The position numbers and the translations under genes are program-made. A DNA stretch of 64,000 bases from Candidatus Marinacidobacterales bacterium (GTDB taxonomy: Bacteria; Acidobacteriota; Vicinamibacteria; Marinacidobacterales; SMYC01). The notes beneath the pieces were generated by a model that had not been told where the DNA came from, ran no database searches, and saw nothing but the letters and a program-made list of their open reading frames with translations. Location of the stretch: positions 576,001-640,000 of the forward strand of contig CBDCYI010000009.1 in NCBI GenBank assembly GCA_965224085.1, given 5' to 3'. Positions 1 to 9,927 of this stretch are shown here, in pieces; within the stretch, counting starts at the first letter, position 1, and the number at the start of each line of letters is the position of its first letter.

Positions 1-222
1 GAGTCCGGCACGAATGATAGTAGTCGACGTATTTGCGTAGGATTCGCTTCAGGTGCCGCTCGTCGAGGACGATCACATGGTCGAGACACTCACGTCGAAT
101 CGAGCCGATCACCCTTTCGACCAATGGATTCTGCCACGGGGAGCGCGGGGCGGTAAGGACCTGCTCTATCCCGAGACCGTCGACGCGAGTATCGAAGTAT
201 GCTCCGTAGGTCTGGTCTCGAT
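1..222 (-). pseudogene. Integrase-core (rve) transposase fragment
   Basis: Minus-strand translation DRDQTYG...[47 protein letters not shown]; cut at 223 by an element end and runs off the window. Confidence 0.8.
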
Positions 223-290
223 CCCGTCCTGTGCCAAAACTCGGCCCTTTTGAAATAGGCCATAAATTAGCAACTTAGTGTCTGTGTTTG
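223..290. repeat. 68-bp terminal repeat of rve-integrase elements (copy 1)
   Basis: CCCGTCCTGTGCCAAAACTCGGCCCTTTTGAAATAG...GTGTCTGTGTTTG, near-identical to 5268-5335. Confidence 0.75.
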
Positions 291-453
291 CGACCGGGCC
301 AAGGGCCGTGGGCTTTACAATCGTCTTGGGCGGGCGGGTCGTCACCATGCAGATGACCACCTAGTCGAGAGCGAATATCGAAGCGTGTGCCTGAAGCTGT
401 TTTCACGCTACGCCGAGCGGGCCCACCAAGGGGCTACCGTCGCCGGCGACCAT

Positions 454-856
454 CTACGCGGCACGGCAGTAGTAGTTGAGAATGCCCCCAAGTCGCTCTC
501 GCGACACGATGGGGCCAGCGTCATTCGCGCTTGCCGGCAGAGGTGTGAGGAGCTCGTTGCCGAGACCTTGGTGGTTCCGTTCTGTGTGATAGTGCACTAC
601 GTATTCGGTTATCGCTGTCCGCAGGTGTCGCTCACTGAGAGGTACGAAGCGGTCGAGACACTCTCGACGTATGGAGAGAACGAATCTTTCCGCGTATGCG
701 TTCAGATTCGGACTATTAGCGGGAAGGCGGAGGGGCTTCACGCCTGAATCTCTCAACAGCCCACGTACTGCCTCGGTGAATAGCGGGTCCCGGTCGTGGA
801 TGAGGTATCGCTTGCCAAGGAGGAAACCATCCCACATGTCAGTGAGGTTTCTTGCC
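454..856 (-). pseudogene. Integrase-core (rve) transposase, C-terminal fragment
   Basis: [11 protein letters not shown]...[23 protein letters not shown]...[12 protein letters not shown]...RLGGILNYY; 5' part removed at the IS6-type IR at 857. Confidence 0.85.
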
Positions 857-972
857 GGTATTGTCAAGTTGAGGTCTCAAGCTCGAAGCGGGCCGCTAGA
901 TGATGGGGCTTGAGCACACAGCGTTGCCAACATCTTGGGGTCGGATCGGCCCTGAATGCCTCAACTTGACAG
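857..972. mobile_element. IS6-derived MITE (about 120 bp) whose right IR is split by IS110 (last 4 bp TACC at 2644-2647)
   Basis: Left IR GGTATTGTCAAGTTGAGG; right IR CCTCAACTTGACAG|TACC; matches the IS6 ends at 54587 and 3269-3284; no ORF inside. Confidence 0.75.
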
Positions 973-1034
973 CAATGGCATCGCCCGGGCGGGCGAAGGT
1001 AATCGGAGACTGACCCTTTGAGATCTGTGGGAGG

Positions 1035-1200
1035 AAGTAGACTCCGATCGAGTGCAGCCGGGAGTCAAGGCCGAAGGTACGATGGTGCTCAGTGCCCGTT
1101 TGACAGCAAGGTCTGGAGGGTTAGCGGGAGTATCCGTGGTGGCATGTCGCGAGGCATGACCCCGTTCGAAAGAATGTTTTGAATCGCCCCTCTCTCCTGG
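1035..1200 (+). ncRNA. Candidate bridge RNA of the IS110 element
   Basis: About 250-bp non-coding left end with a hairpin (GACTCC/GGAGTC) and two internal-loop modules containing GGTAC + TTTGACAG (target matches) and TCGAAAG (donor right-end match). Boundaries approximate. Confidence 0.6.
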
Positions 1201-1221
1201 TTGCGCCGAAAGGAGCGAGAA

Positions 1222-2610
1222 ATGGCACGTCGCGTCAGGACAAAAAGCAGTCGTCAAGCAAGACGGAAAAAATTGGAGCACGAGCTCGACACGGTAAATC
1301 TAGATGCTGCAGGGATTGATATTGGAGCGGAGTCAATCGTGGCGGCAGTCCCGAAGGGGCGCACTCCTGAGGGCGAACATGTCCGCACGTTTCAGAGCTT
1401 TGTATGCTCGCTGCGAGAGCTGGCCAATTGGCTGAAGGCGTGCGGCGTGTGCACGGTGGCGATGGAGTCGACCGGAGTTTATTGGATTCCACTGTACGAG
1501 TTGTTGGAAGACGAGGGATTTGAAGTCTATCTGGTCGATGCTCGCAAAGTGAAAAACGTATCTGGGCGCAAGTCAGACGTGTCGGATGCGGAGTGGCTGC
1601 AACAGCTGCATACATTCGGGCTACTCCCAAAAACCTTTCGGCCGGAATCGGCGATTTGCGAGCTAAGGGCATACACCCGCCAACGAAGCTCGCTGGTGGA
1701 GTCAGCGGCTCGCCACATTCAGCATATGCACAAAGCGCTCAACCAAATGGGGCTCCAGCTACAACACGTCCTGCGCGACGTGACCGGAGTCACCGGCCTT
1801 GCGATCATCCGAGCGATCTTGAGAGGAGAGCGAGATCCTCGTGACCTAGCAAAACTGAGGCATGAACGTTGCCACAACGATGAGGCCACGATCGCGAAAG
1901 CCTTAGAAGGTAACTATCGGAGCGAGCATGTTTTCGCTCTTCAACAGTCGGTGGAGTTGTACGATTTCTATCAAGAGAAAATGGAAGACTGTGACAAGCG
2001 GATCGAGAGATGCCTGTCCAAATTGGAGACCCGGCCTCAGGACGCTCGGCCTAAGCCGAAACCACGGACACGGCGAGCGCGTAGCGGCAACGGGCCGCGC
2101 TTTCCGCTCGCTGAGTCTCTATTGGGACTCACGGGGGTGGACCTAACCAGGGTTCCCGGCTTAGGTAGCTATGCCGTTCTGCAGCTCGTAGGAGAAACCG
2201 GTTGCGACATGAGCCCGTGGAAAAGTGACAAGCACTTCACCTCATGGCTAGCTCTCGCACCGAATAATAAGGAGTCCGCTGGTCGAATCTTTCGCCGGGC
2301 CACCCCAATGAGCTCCAGTCGTGCTGCAAAACTCTTTCGCCTCGCCGCGTGCGCTGTCCGCAATACCCAAACCGCGCTCGGCGCTTTCTATCGACGAATC
2401 CGATCGCGACGAGGTGCTCCAAAGGCCATCACAGCTACCGCCCGTAAAATAGCGACCATCTACTTCCGCATGCTTGCGACTGGAGAGGAGTTCATTGAGC
2501 TCGGTCAGGACGCCTATGAAAGGCAATACCAGCAACGCCTCCTGAGTAATCTCCGACGCAAAGCTACCCGACTCGGCTTCAGCCTCGTTCCCGATCAATC
2601 CATATCATGA
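1222..2610 (+). CDS. IS110-family DEDD transposase/recombinase
   Basis: AGIDIG, VAMESTGVYW and KSDVSDAEWL (DEDD) motifs; C-terminal ESAG motif; AGGAG SD before ATG 1222. Confidence 0.95.
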   Translation: MARRVRTKSSRQARRKKLEHELDTVNLDAAGIDIGAESIVAAVPKGRTPEGEHVRTFQSFVCSLRELANWLKACGVCTVAMESTGVYWIPLYELLEDEGFEVYLVDARKVKNVSGRKSDVSDAEWLQQLHTFGLLPKTFRPESAICELRAYTRQRSSLVESAARHIQHMHKALNQMGLQLQHVLRDVTGVTGLAIIRAILRGERDPRDLAKLRHERCHNDEATIAKALEGNYRSEHVFALQQSVELYDFYQEKMEDCDKRIERCLSKLETRPQDARPKPKPRTRRARSGNGPRFPLAESLLGLTGVDLTRVPGLGSYAVLQLVGETGCDMSPWKSDKHFTSWLALAPNNKESAGRIFRRATPMSSSRAAKLFRLAACAVRNTQTALGAFYRRIRSRRGAPKAITATARKIATIYFRMLATGEEFIELGQDAYERQYQQRLLSNLRRKATRLGFSLVPDQSIS

Positions 2611-2647
2611 AAAATGCCTTCGGCCGGGAGTGTCAGTCGAAAGTACC

Positions 2648-3284
2648 ATCACGGTTTCCTACGAAGCGATCCGACTTTGGTGCATCAAGTTCGGGCCGGA
2701 ATACGCTCGGCGACTGAAGCGTCGGCAGGGTCGTCTCGGTGACACGTGGCACCTAGACGAGGTCTTCATAAAGATACAAGGTGAACGCCAATACCTCTGG
2801 CGTGCGGTAGACCAAGATGGTGATGTAATTGATATCCTCGTCCAGCCTCGTCGTGATCGGAAAGCCGCGAAACGATTCTTCCGCAAGCTGTTGAAGGGGC
2901 AAGGCCGTCCGCCCTGGCAGCTGGTCACCGACAAACTGAGAAGCTACAGTGCCGCTCACCGCGAGGTCATGCCGTCCGTCGTCCACGACACTGACCAGTA
3001 CAGAAACAACCTAGCCGAAGTCTCGCACGAACCGACGCGACAACGGGAACGACAGATGCGGAAGTTTAAAACTCCTGGGCAGGCGCAACGATTCTTGACC
3101 GTGCACGGACTCGTGCAAAACCTCTTTCGCGTCGGACGGCATTTGTTGCAAGCGCATCATCATCGGGAGCTACGAGACCGCGCTTTCATCGTCTGGCAGG
3201 AGGTAACCTGTGCCGTCCGATGAGAGCAAAGGAAGTCAGCTCGACGCGATAGGTTCGCTCGCTCAACGTCAACTTGACAATATT
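2648..3284 (+). pseudogene. 5'-truncated IS6 transposase (to 3223) with its right IR
   Basis: Nearly identical to 54648-55352 from ITVSYEAIRLWC onward; WHLDEVF and VTDKLRSY motifs; IR TCAACTTGACAATA at 3269-3282. Confidence 0.9.
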
Positions 3285-3795
3285 CTTCCATGCAATATGA
3301 AAGGCGATGAACGTCTTGCCCGTGCCCGTCGCCAGCGTGAGCAGGATGCGATCTTTCTCGGCGGCGATTGCCTCCATCGCCCGTTCGATTGCCAGGTCCT
3401 GATAATAGCGTGCCTGGAAAAATCCTCCCCTGTCCTCAAAAGGGACAGTGGCAAAGCGGTCCCGCCAGGCGTTTGCTTCGGCGAAGGTCAGGTTCCACAG
3501 TTCTTTGGGGGAAGGAAATTGAAGGACTTCGCCCTCCGTCCCCTCCTTCATGTCGATGCCGTAGATGCCCTGGCCGTTGGTGGAGTAGGTATAGCGGATG
3601 GCGAGCTTCCCGGCGTAGCTCTTCGCCTGCCCGACCCCTTCGGTCAAAGGCTTGTCCCAAGCCTTGGCCTCCACCACTGCCAGTTTGTGGTTGCGATACA
3701 CCAGGACGTAGTCGGCTATGTCCGGCTTGGCCCGCTTCCCGTGGCCTTCGATTCGGCCCAGCGTGATGTGATACTCGCGCAGGATGCGGCTGCCT
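3285..3795 (-). pseudogene. hsdR: Type I restriction R subunit (EcoEI-like) N-terminal fragment
   Basis: REYHITLGRI...ADYVLVYRNHKLAVVEAK nuclease motif, RYYQ, LLTLATGTGKT Walker A; truncated by IS6. Confidence 0.85.
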
Positions 3796-3819
3796 CATCC
3801 ACGTGTCAAGGAGTCGACG

Positions 3820-5265
3820 ATCATCCTCACTTGCCAGCATGCCCACACCAGTAGCCGATGGCCGCGGCGACGGCGACGCGAGCATCCTTGGAACAGAACA
3901 TCTTCTGGAGAGTGGCCGGGGGCACCTCTCCTCGAAGACACCACGCGTCGACATGCTGGCGAAAATCTCCCGCCGCATTGAGAGCAGCCGATAGGAGTTT
4001 CCGGGGCGGTGCGGCGTGCGTGACGACAGCGTGTATTCCGAGTGCCCCGGTAATCGTCGGTATCGAGACAGCGATCAACGAGCACGGGCCAGCGTGGGCG
4101 ATTCGTGCTGGCTGCCTGGAGAACAAACGGCCCGACGAGATCGAACGGGAGCCTGTGGTCCATGAAGTTCTCGGCCACGGCGACTGGGTCGGGAACACGC
4201 TTGGCAAGTTCCGCACACAGGTAAGGCGACCAGCGAGGGTAGCGGATACCCGCGAGACCCGCCTCTGACTCGATCCGTGCGAGTGTTCGCGTCATTTCCT
4301 TGAGAGGCTGGCGCTCCCATGCCTCCACAACACTGTCCAGTGGACCAGCTTTCATCATCTTGACCGTTTCGTCCGGACCGAGCTTCTGATGCAGTGCCTC
4401 GAACTCCGGGTCCAGAGTCACGGCGATGTTCAAGCCAGCCCGTTCCCCGGTCACCTTCAGCTCATGCTGGACACCAGGATGCCCACGGGAGACATCGGCC
4501 AAGTCCCGGAGCATGCGGTCGGCGAATGAACGCATTGCGGTTCGTATTTCGTCGGGAACGTGCCCGTGCGGTGGAGCCCAGGGGGCCAACCAGCCGAACG
4601 CGAGTCCCACCAAGTCCGTCCATGGCGCACGGTCCGTCTCGCGCACTGCCTGAGACACCATAGGCCATAGCTTCTTCAGAGATTCGATGTGATGTTGCAA
4701 GAGGAGGTCGTAATGGAGGGTGATCGTCCGCCCGGCTCCTGGGTCGGCGGTGGCGTAGTCGGATCTCGGAGCGAGCGCGATGCACATCGCGCGAATCGCG
4801 GCACTTGGGTCGCCGCCCTGGCGTCGCCAACGGTCCGCGCCACGCAGCAAGGATGACCGCCGGTAGAGCAGGTCTTGTCCTCTACGCGGCGGGCCGGTGG
4901 CCCATCTAGTCAAGATGCCTAACGGCTTCTCAGACAGTGAATCTGCTGCCCGTAGTTCTTCCCCCGCACACACCCGGTCGAGCAGCAACGGAATCACTCG
5001 TTCCGGATCTTGCTCCAGCGCCTCGCGGCCGACTGCCAAGAGCAGATCGGGATGGCGCTCCATCACGTAGCGCGCCTCCGACGGCCCAAGCGACGCGTAC
5101 TTCGACCAGAGGCTTGTGGACCTGTGGTTTGGCAGCCGTCTCGCCACCAGTTCTAGACGAGGTTCAAGGTCGGGAATCGAGGCGCCGCGCGCGCGCGCCC
5201 ATCAACGTATCGAGCGTATCTTCGGCGCTTTCCACGTTCTCCAGAAACGCATCAACGGCGATGCG
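3820..5265 (-). pseudogene. Fragment of a large hypothetical protein
   Basis: Long protein-like helical ORF (3795-5147) continuing in a second frame (3827-4216); both ends cut; family not recognised. Confidence 0.5.
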
Positions 5266-5267
5266 AC

Positions 5268-5335
5268 CCCGTCCTGTGCCAAAACTCGGCCCTTTTGAAA
5301 TAGCCAATAAATCAGCAGCTTAGTGTCTGTGTTTG
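5268..5335. repeat. 68-bp terminal repeat of rve-integrase elements (copy 2)
   Basis: Near-identical to 223-290; lies upstream of the integrase at 5420. Confidence 0.75.
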
Positions 5336-5419
5336 AGGTTCTTGAGGGTTGTGCCTTCTATTTATTCATCCGCACGCACCAAACTTGATTAATCTTCGGT
5401 CTGCCAGCACCATGCCGGC

Positions 5420-6007
5420 ATGATTTCGTCGTTGGTTCCCGCTCTCATCTCTGCCTTCAAGGCTCGTCGCAAGCTGGCTCTCGAGAATGTCGCTCTTCGG
5501 CAGCAGCTCGCCGTGCTCCGCCGTTCGGTGAAACGGACGCGGCTCTCGAAGGTCGACCGCGGGTTTTGGGTGCTGTTGCACAGAATTTTGGACTGACTGG
5601 GAGAGCGTCCTCGTCATCGTGAAACCTGAGACGGTCGTCCGCTGGCACCGTTGTGGGTTCAGACGATATTGGACTTGGAAGAGCCGGCGGCGTAGGCCCG
5701 GACGACCAAGCGTCGCTCCCGAAATACGTGAGCTGATACGGAACATGAGCAGGGCCAACCCTCTCTGGGGAACTCCCCGCGTGCATGGCGAGCTGGCGAA
5801 GCTAGGCATCTCCATTTCCCAGGCCGCCGTCTCCAAGTATATGGTTTGCCATCGCATGCCACCGTCCCATACTTGGCGGAGCTTTCTCGATAATCATGCA
5901 AACGACTTGGTGTCGCTCGACTTTTTCACTTTGCCGACCGCAACCTTCAGAGTTCTGTTCGTCTTCATTGTTCTTCGCCACGACCGTCGCCGTATCGTTC
6001 ATTTCAA
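5420..6007 (+). pseudogene. Integrase-core (rve) transposase, N-terminal part, frameshifted
   Basis: LALENVALRQQLAVL, frameshift near 5588, then VKPETVVRWHR...NPLWGTPRVHGEL...SLDFFTLPT. Confidence 0.85.
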
Positions 6008-6447
6008 TGTGTGCGAGGGAACTCGTAGAAAGTGAGCAGCTGTTTGCCGGCCTCCTCGATGCTTCGAACGACGGCCGGGGCGAGCGCTTCCCATTTGGTA
6101 ACGAACGGTGCTTGCGCCGTTTGCTGTTGGTGATGTGTAGGCATCCCTTCGCAAAAAAGGCGCTTACGCTCCATTTAGCACGCAGCGAAGGTCGTGAGCG
6201 CTATTTTGGCTGTAATTTAGTGCACCGTGTGTGCGAGGGAACTCGTAGAAAGTGAGCAGCTGTTCGCCGGCCTCCTCGATGCTTCGAACGACGGCCGGGG
6301 CGAGCGCTTCCCATTTGGTAACGAACGGTGCTTGCGCCGTTTGCTGTTGGTGATGTGTAGGCATCCCTTCGCAAAAAAGGCGCTTACGCTCCATTTAGCA
6401 CGCAGCGAAGGTCGTGAGCGCTATTTTGGCTGTAATTTAGTGCACCG
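6008..6447. repeat. Tandem duplication, 2 x 220 bp (IS256-like transposase fragment plus a 122-bp dispersed repeat)
   Basis: 6008-6227 equals 6228-6447 with one visible mismatch; minus strand encodes WEALAPAVVRSIEEAGEQLLTFYEFP. Confidence 0.9.
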
Positions 6448-6606
6448 TAAAGTCTTAGTGTGCAGGCGTTGCCATTTGAGGCTGTCTTTCCAACGAGTGA
6501 AAAAGGCGCGAGCGCCGCGTTCGGTGCGGTAATCCCAGAGTTGCCCGAAGGCCTCCTTGAAAATATAGGCGGTGTTCAGGCGCCGGTTGGCCTGGAGCAA
6601 TTTTTG
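6448..6606 (-). pseudogene. ISL3-family transposase fragment
   Basis: Minus-strand LLQANRRLNTAYIFKEAFGQLWDYRTERGARAFFTRWKDSLKWQRL. Confidence 0.7.
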
Positions 6607-6646
6607 GGATTTACAAAGCTAGCTTGACAACTCGCATAAGCATTCA

Positions 6647-6913
6647 TCACGGGAGTCGTTTGTCGAACGCCCGAATTACTTCTTTTCCTACTATTTCCCC
6701 TATATCTTTGCGAATTCGAGTTTCGGATTTCTTGATTTCGCTTTTGATCTCATTAGATACCGTTTTGCGTGTTTTCATCAAGACGGTATCCATTCGCTTA
6801 TTCATCCGCTTTTCCATTGGGATCAAACCACGTTTGACTGAATCCTCGAAAGCGACTCGCATTGCCCGGGCAAGTAAATCATAGCTATCCGCTCTGCCAT
6901 TAGCTTTTTTCAT
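6647..6913 (-). CDS. Small AT-rich hypothetical protein (coiled-coil-like)
   Basis: 88-aa ORF whose start overlaps the stop of the upstream ORF (ATGA). Confidence 0.55.
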   Translation of the reverse strand: MKKANGRADSYDLLARAMRVAFEDSVKRGLIPMEKRMNKRMDTVLMKTRKTVSNEIKSEIKKSETRIRKDIGEIVGKEVIRAFDKRLP

Positions 6914-7191
6914 TTTTTATTCCTTAAATCTATCTGATTTAGATGCTCTTGACTTATGGTGCTCTCATAGATTTCGGCTATCTTTATCCAAGGATTATCA
7001 TAAAAGCTAGCTTTTATGTTTGAGTCCGTGTTAGGGTTGGGCCCTGACTGCAACTTCACGTCCGGCGGAAATTCTACGTCGTCCCGATCCGGCAATAAGA
7101 TCCGCAACTCAGGATCCCATTTGTCGTAGTCCGTCACCGCGTCGATCGGGAAGTACTTGTCCTCGCGCGGCACAGGCCGGTATCCCGCCAT
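6910..7191 (-). CDS. Hypothetical protein, possibly chimeric
   Basis: 93-aa ORF with a GC-rich 5' half and an AT-rich 3' half. Confidence 0.4.
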   Translation of the reverse strand: MAGYRPVPREDKYFPIDAVTDYDKWDPELRILLPDRDDVEFPPDVKLQSGPNPNTDSNIKASFYDNPWIKIAEIYESTISQEHLNQIDLRNKK

Positions 7192-7569
7192 GTTTCGGTA
7201 CTTCTCTTCGAACGAGGCCTGGGATTTCGGCGGGACCTCCGCATGGAACTCTCCGCGCCGAGCTAGGAACCCGAGTGTCCTGAAATACGCCGCCGACTGG
7301 TGGGTGTCCCTTCCATAAACTCGAGCTGCGTGAAATTAGCGAGCTGCCTGCAACCAGGATGCTTGGGTCGTCTTCATGTAGGACGTTTCGAGGATCGGCG
7401 TCGGCTCTACTCAGGGGTATAGGTGTAAGCTGGCGCGAAGTCCCCATCTGGTCAATAAACTCAAACGCGCTCCCGTAGGCCAGTTTGAGAGGGCTTGGCC
7501 TCGGCCTGTTAGACCGGTTGAATCACAGGTCGTGGTCAGGTACTTACTCTAGTTCTCCGGGGAGACACA

Positions 7570-8636
7570 ATGGACTGGAAGACCATGCTGGCGTACATCA
7601 CGGGATCGGTCGACCGAGAACTGCTCCTGCGCAACGAGTACTCGTTACCGAGAATCGTATTCTTCGAGATCAGCTGCAAGGCCGTTTGCGCCTGACCGAT
7701 GGTGAGCGGAGAACCTTGGCGGAGATAGGAAAACAGCTCGGCAAGCGCGCGCTCGAAGAGGTGGCGAGTATCGTCAGGCCCGATACGATTCTCGGGTGGC
7801 ACCGCAAGCTCATCGCCAGGAAGTTCGACGGTTCCAAGAACCGGACGTATCCGGGGCGACCACGAATCGACGAAAAGATCGAACAGCTGATTATCCGCTT
7901 CGCGAGAGAGAACCGATCGTGGGGCTATGATCGCATTGCCGGGGCCATGGCGAACCTCGGGTATCGAGCGAGCGACCAAACCGTCGGCAACATACTGAAG
8001 CGCCACAGTATACCGCCCGCGCCGGAGCGAGAAAAGACAACGACGTGGAACGATTTCATCCGCTCGCACATGGACGTCCTTGCGGCAACGGATTTCTTCA
8101 CCGCGGAGGTGTGGACGAAGTCCGGGCTGGTCACCTACTACATTTTATTCTTCATACACCTAGCTACGCGACGCGTTCATATTGCCGGTATCACACCCTA
8201 TCCAGACGAAAGGTGGATGACCCAAGTGGCCCGGAATGTGACCATGGCGGATGTCGGCTTTCTTTGCTCGACCCGCTACTTGATCCACGATCGCGACTCG
8301 AAATTCTGCGCGTCGTTTCAGCGGACACTCGAAGAGGTGGGTATCAAGACCGTCAAACTGCCTGCGAGAAGCCCGAATTTGAACTCCTTCGCGGAGCGCT
8401 GGGTGAAGTCTGTGAAGGAAGAATGTCTATCGAAGCTGATCTTGTTCGGCGAGCCAGCATTCAGACGGTGTCTGGCTTCCTATCTCGCTCATTATCATGG
8501 AGAGAGGAACCATCAAGGCAAGGAAAACGTCGTTCTCTTTCCGTCTGTAGAAAGCAGCGGCCCCCGCGAAGGGCCAATCCTTTGTCGGGAAAGGCTCGGT
8601 GGGCTGCTGAGATACTACCACCGAGAGGCGGCATGA
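7570..8636 (+). pseudogene. Near-full-length rve-integrase transposase, frameshifted near 7641
   Basis: MDWKTMLAYITGSVDRELLLRNEY / LVTENRILR...AATDFFT...IHDRDSKF...SPNLNSFAERWV...RLGGLLRYYHREAA; GGAG SD. Confidence 0.85.
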
Positions 8637-9095
8637 AAACTGGAGCCACGGCCGGCGAGAAGGAAATTCAGACCACCGGGTTCTTTGTCTTCGGCGCCCT
8701 CACTTTGATCGTGGCACTCCTTAAGCTGGCCGTTTTCAGCGACTGGTCGTGGTGGCGAGTATCACTACCCATCTTGATCTTTGTCGGCTTCAATATCGCT
8801 TACATAGTCACGGGCTTTGGCTATCTGTCCTTTGCTGAGGCCAGGGAAAGACCCTCCCAGGGACGAAGTCAACCCACTCGGTCAGCATCACGGCCCGCTC
8901 TACTGGAGCTCGATGCTCTTCTTCGCGGCGTTTGCCGATAATCTGGTCCGATACCTAGAAGGCACCGAGGACTCATTCTGGTTTTGGGGTCTGTCTGGGC
9001 GCCTTGAAGCGGTGTTCATTTTCGGCAGTCTCAGTATCGTCGGCCTATTCCTGTATTGGTCGGCGATCACACGTAGCCTTGTTGAGCCGGAGTAA
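8633..9095 (+). pseudogene. Membrane protein coupled to the integrase, frameshifted near 8860
   Basis: ATGA overlap; hydrophobic segments continue across two frames (GFFVFGALTLIVALL... / LYWSSMLFF...GLFLYWSAI). Confidence 0.55.
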
Positions 9096-9114
9096 TTCGT
9101 GTAACACGGCCGTG

Positions 9115-9765
9115 TCAACCCGTATTCGGGTCGTGCCACGCGATCGAAGTGACGGACGAATTTCTTGACCAAACGGGCATCGGCATCATGATATGCATCG
9201 ACGCACGGTTGACGTCCCAGTCGACCTCTTCGTGCGTAACGTTTCTTATATAGATGTTGTGGCGCTCCCATAGCATGTCATTGAGGTCCTTCGTGGCGAC
9301 GCCGTTCACCGTGAACGACACCAGGGCGCAACTCATACGCGGATCATCGGAAACGTAGACGTCGGTGCCGTCGATCGCACGGAGTCCATCGCGGAGCTTC
9401 TTCGCGAGGTAACGATCGCGGGCCTCGATGGCGGCTGGAGTCAAGTGGAGAGCTTCGACCTGACGCTCATGAACGTAGCGAGGAGATGGCCCGCGCGTTC
9501 CGGTGTTCATGTACATGAGACCGTCGCGAAGGAGACACTGCGACGCCACCGCCTCCCAGGCCCGCTCGTCATCGGGTGCGGGCGCTTTCGCGAACGCACT
9601 CAAACCGGGGGTGGCAACTGCCGCTTGGGATGCGCTCGTGTCCAAAAGCGGGGCGAAGGGGGCCGATGCCGCCGCCCCGCCCACGACGCCGAGGAATACT
9701 CGACGAGACAGTGTTTTCAATTTTCTCGGGTCTTCTACCAACGAATCGAAATTGAGCTCGCCCAT
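9115..9765 (-). pseudogene. Tat-exported class V aminotransferase-like protein with a large internal deletion
   Basis: SRRVFL Tat motif; YMNTGTRGPSP N-terminal motif joined directly to the C-terminal ALVSFTV...RASMH; the PLP-lysine region is missing. Confidence 0.75.
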
Positions 9766-9789
9766 GGTCGACCTCACGTGCTTTATATC

Positions 9790-9901
9790 CTTGATAGCCC
9801 AGATCATCGCTTATTTTAACTACGCGAACCGTGTTCTCAATGGTCTCGGTGTGACGACGATGGGCGACGTGCTTGGAACATCGCCGCGTACGGAGAGATA
9901 G
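9790..9901 (+). pseudogene. C-terminal remnant of an AhpD/peroxidase-related protein
   Basis: AQIIAYFNYANRVLNGLGV...GDVLGTSP. Confidence 0.55.
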
Positions 9902-9927
9902 GACACGCTCCCTCACAACGCATCGCG

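Larger units (their letters stand above)
971..2643 (+). mobile_element. IS110-family element flanked by a duplicated AG core
   Basis: Junctions TTGAC-AG-CAATGGC and TCGAA-AG-TACC; removing the element restores the IS6 IR TCAACTTGACAGTACC; sub-terminal IR GACTGAC (1008-1014) / GTCAGTC (2632-2638). Confidence 0.85.

Noticed and set aside
966-1003. Hybrid promoter from the target TTGACA and a -10 in the IS110 left end
   Set aside because: The nearest -10-like hexamer (GGTAAT) is 26 bp away, so the spacing is wrong.
6008-6447. CRISPR array
   Set aside because: Only two 220-bp units with no unique spacers and no cas genes; no array was seen anywhere in the window.
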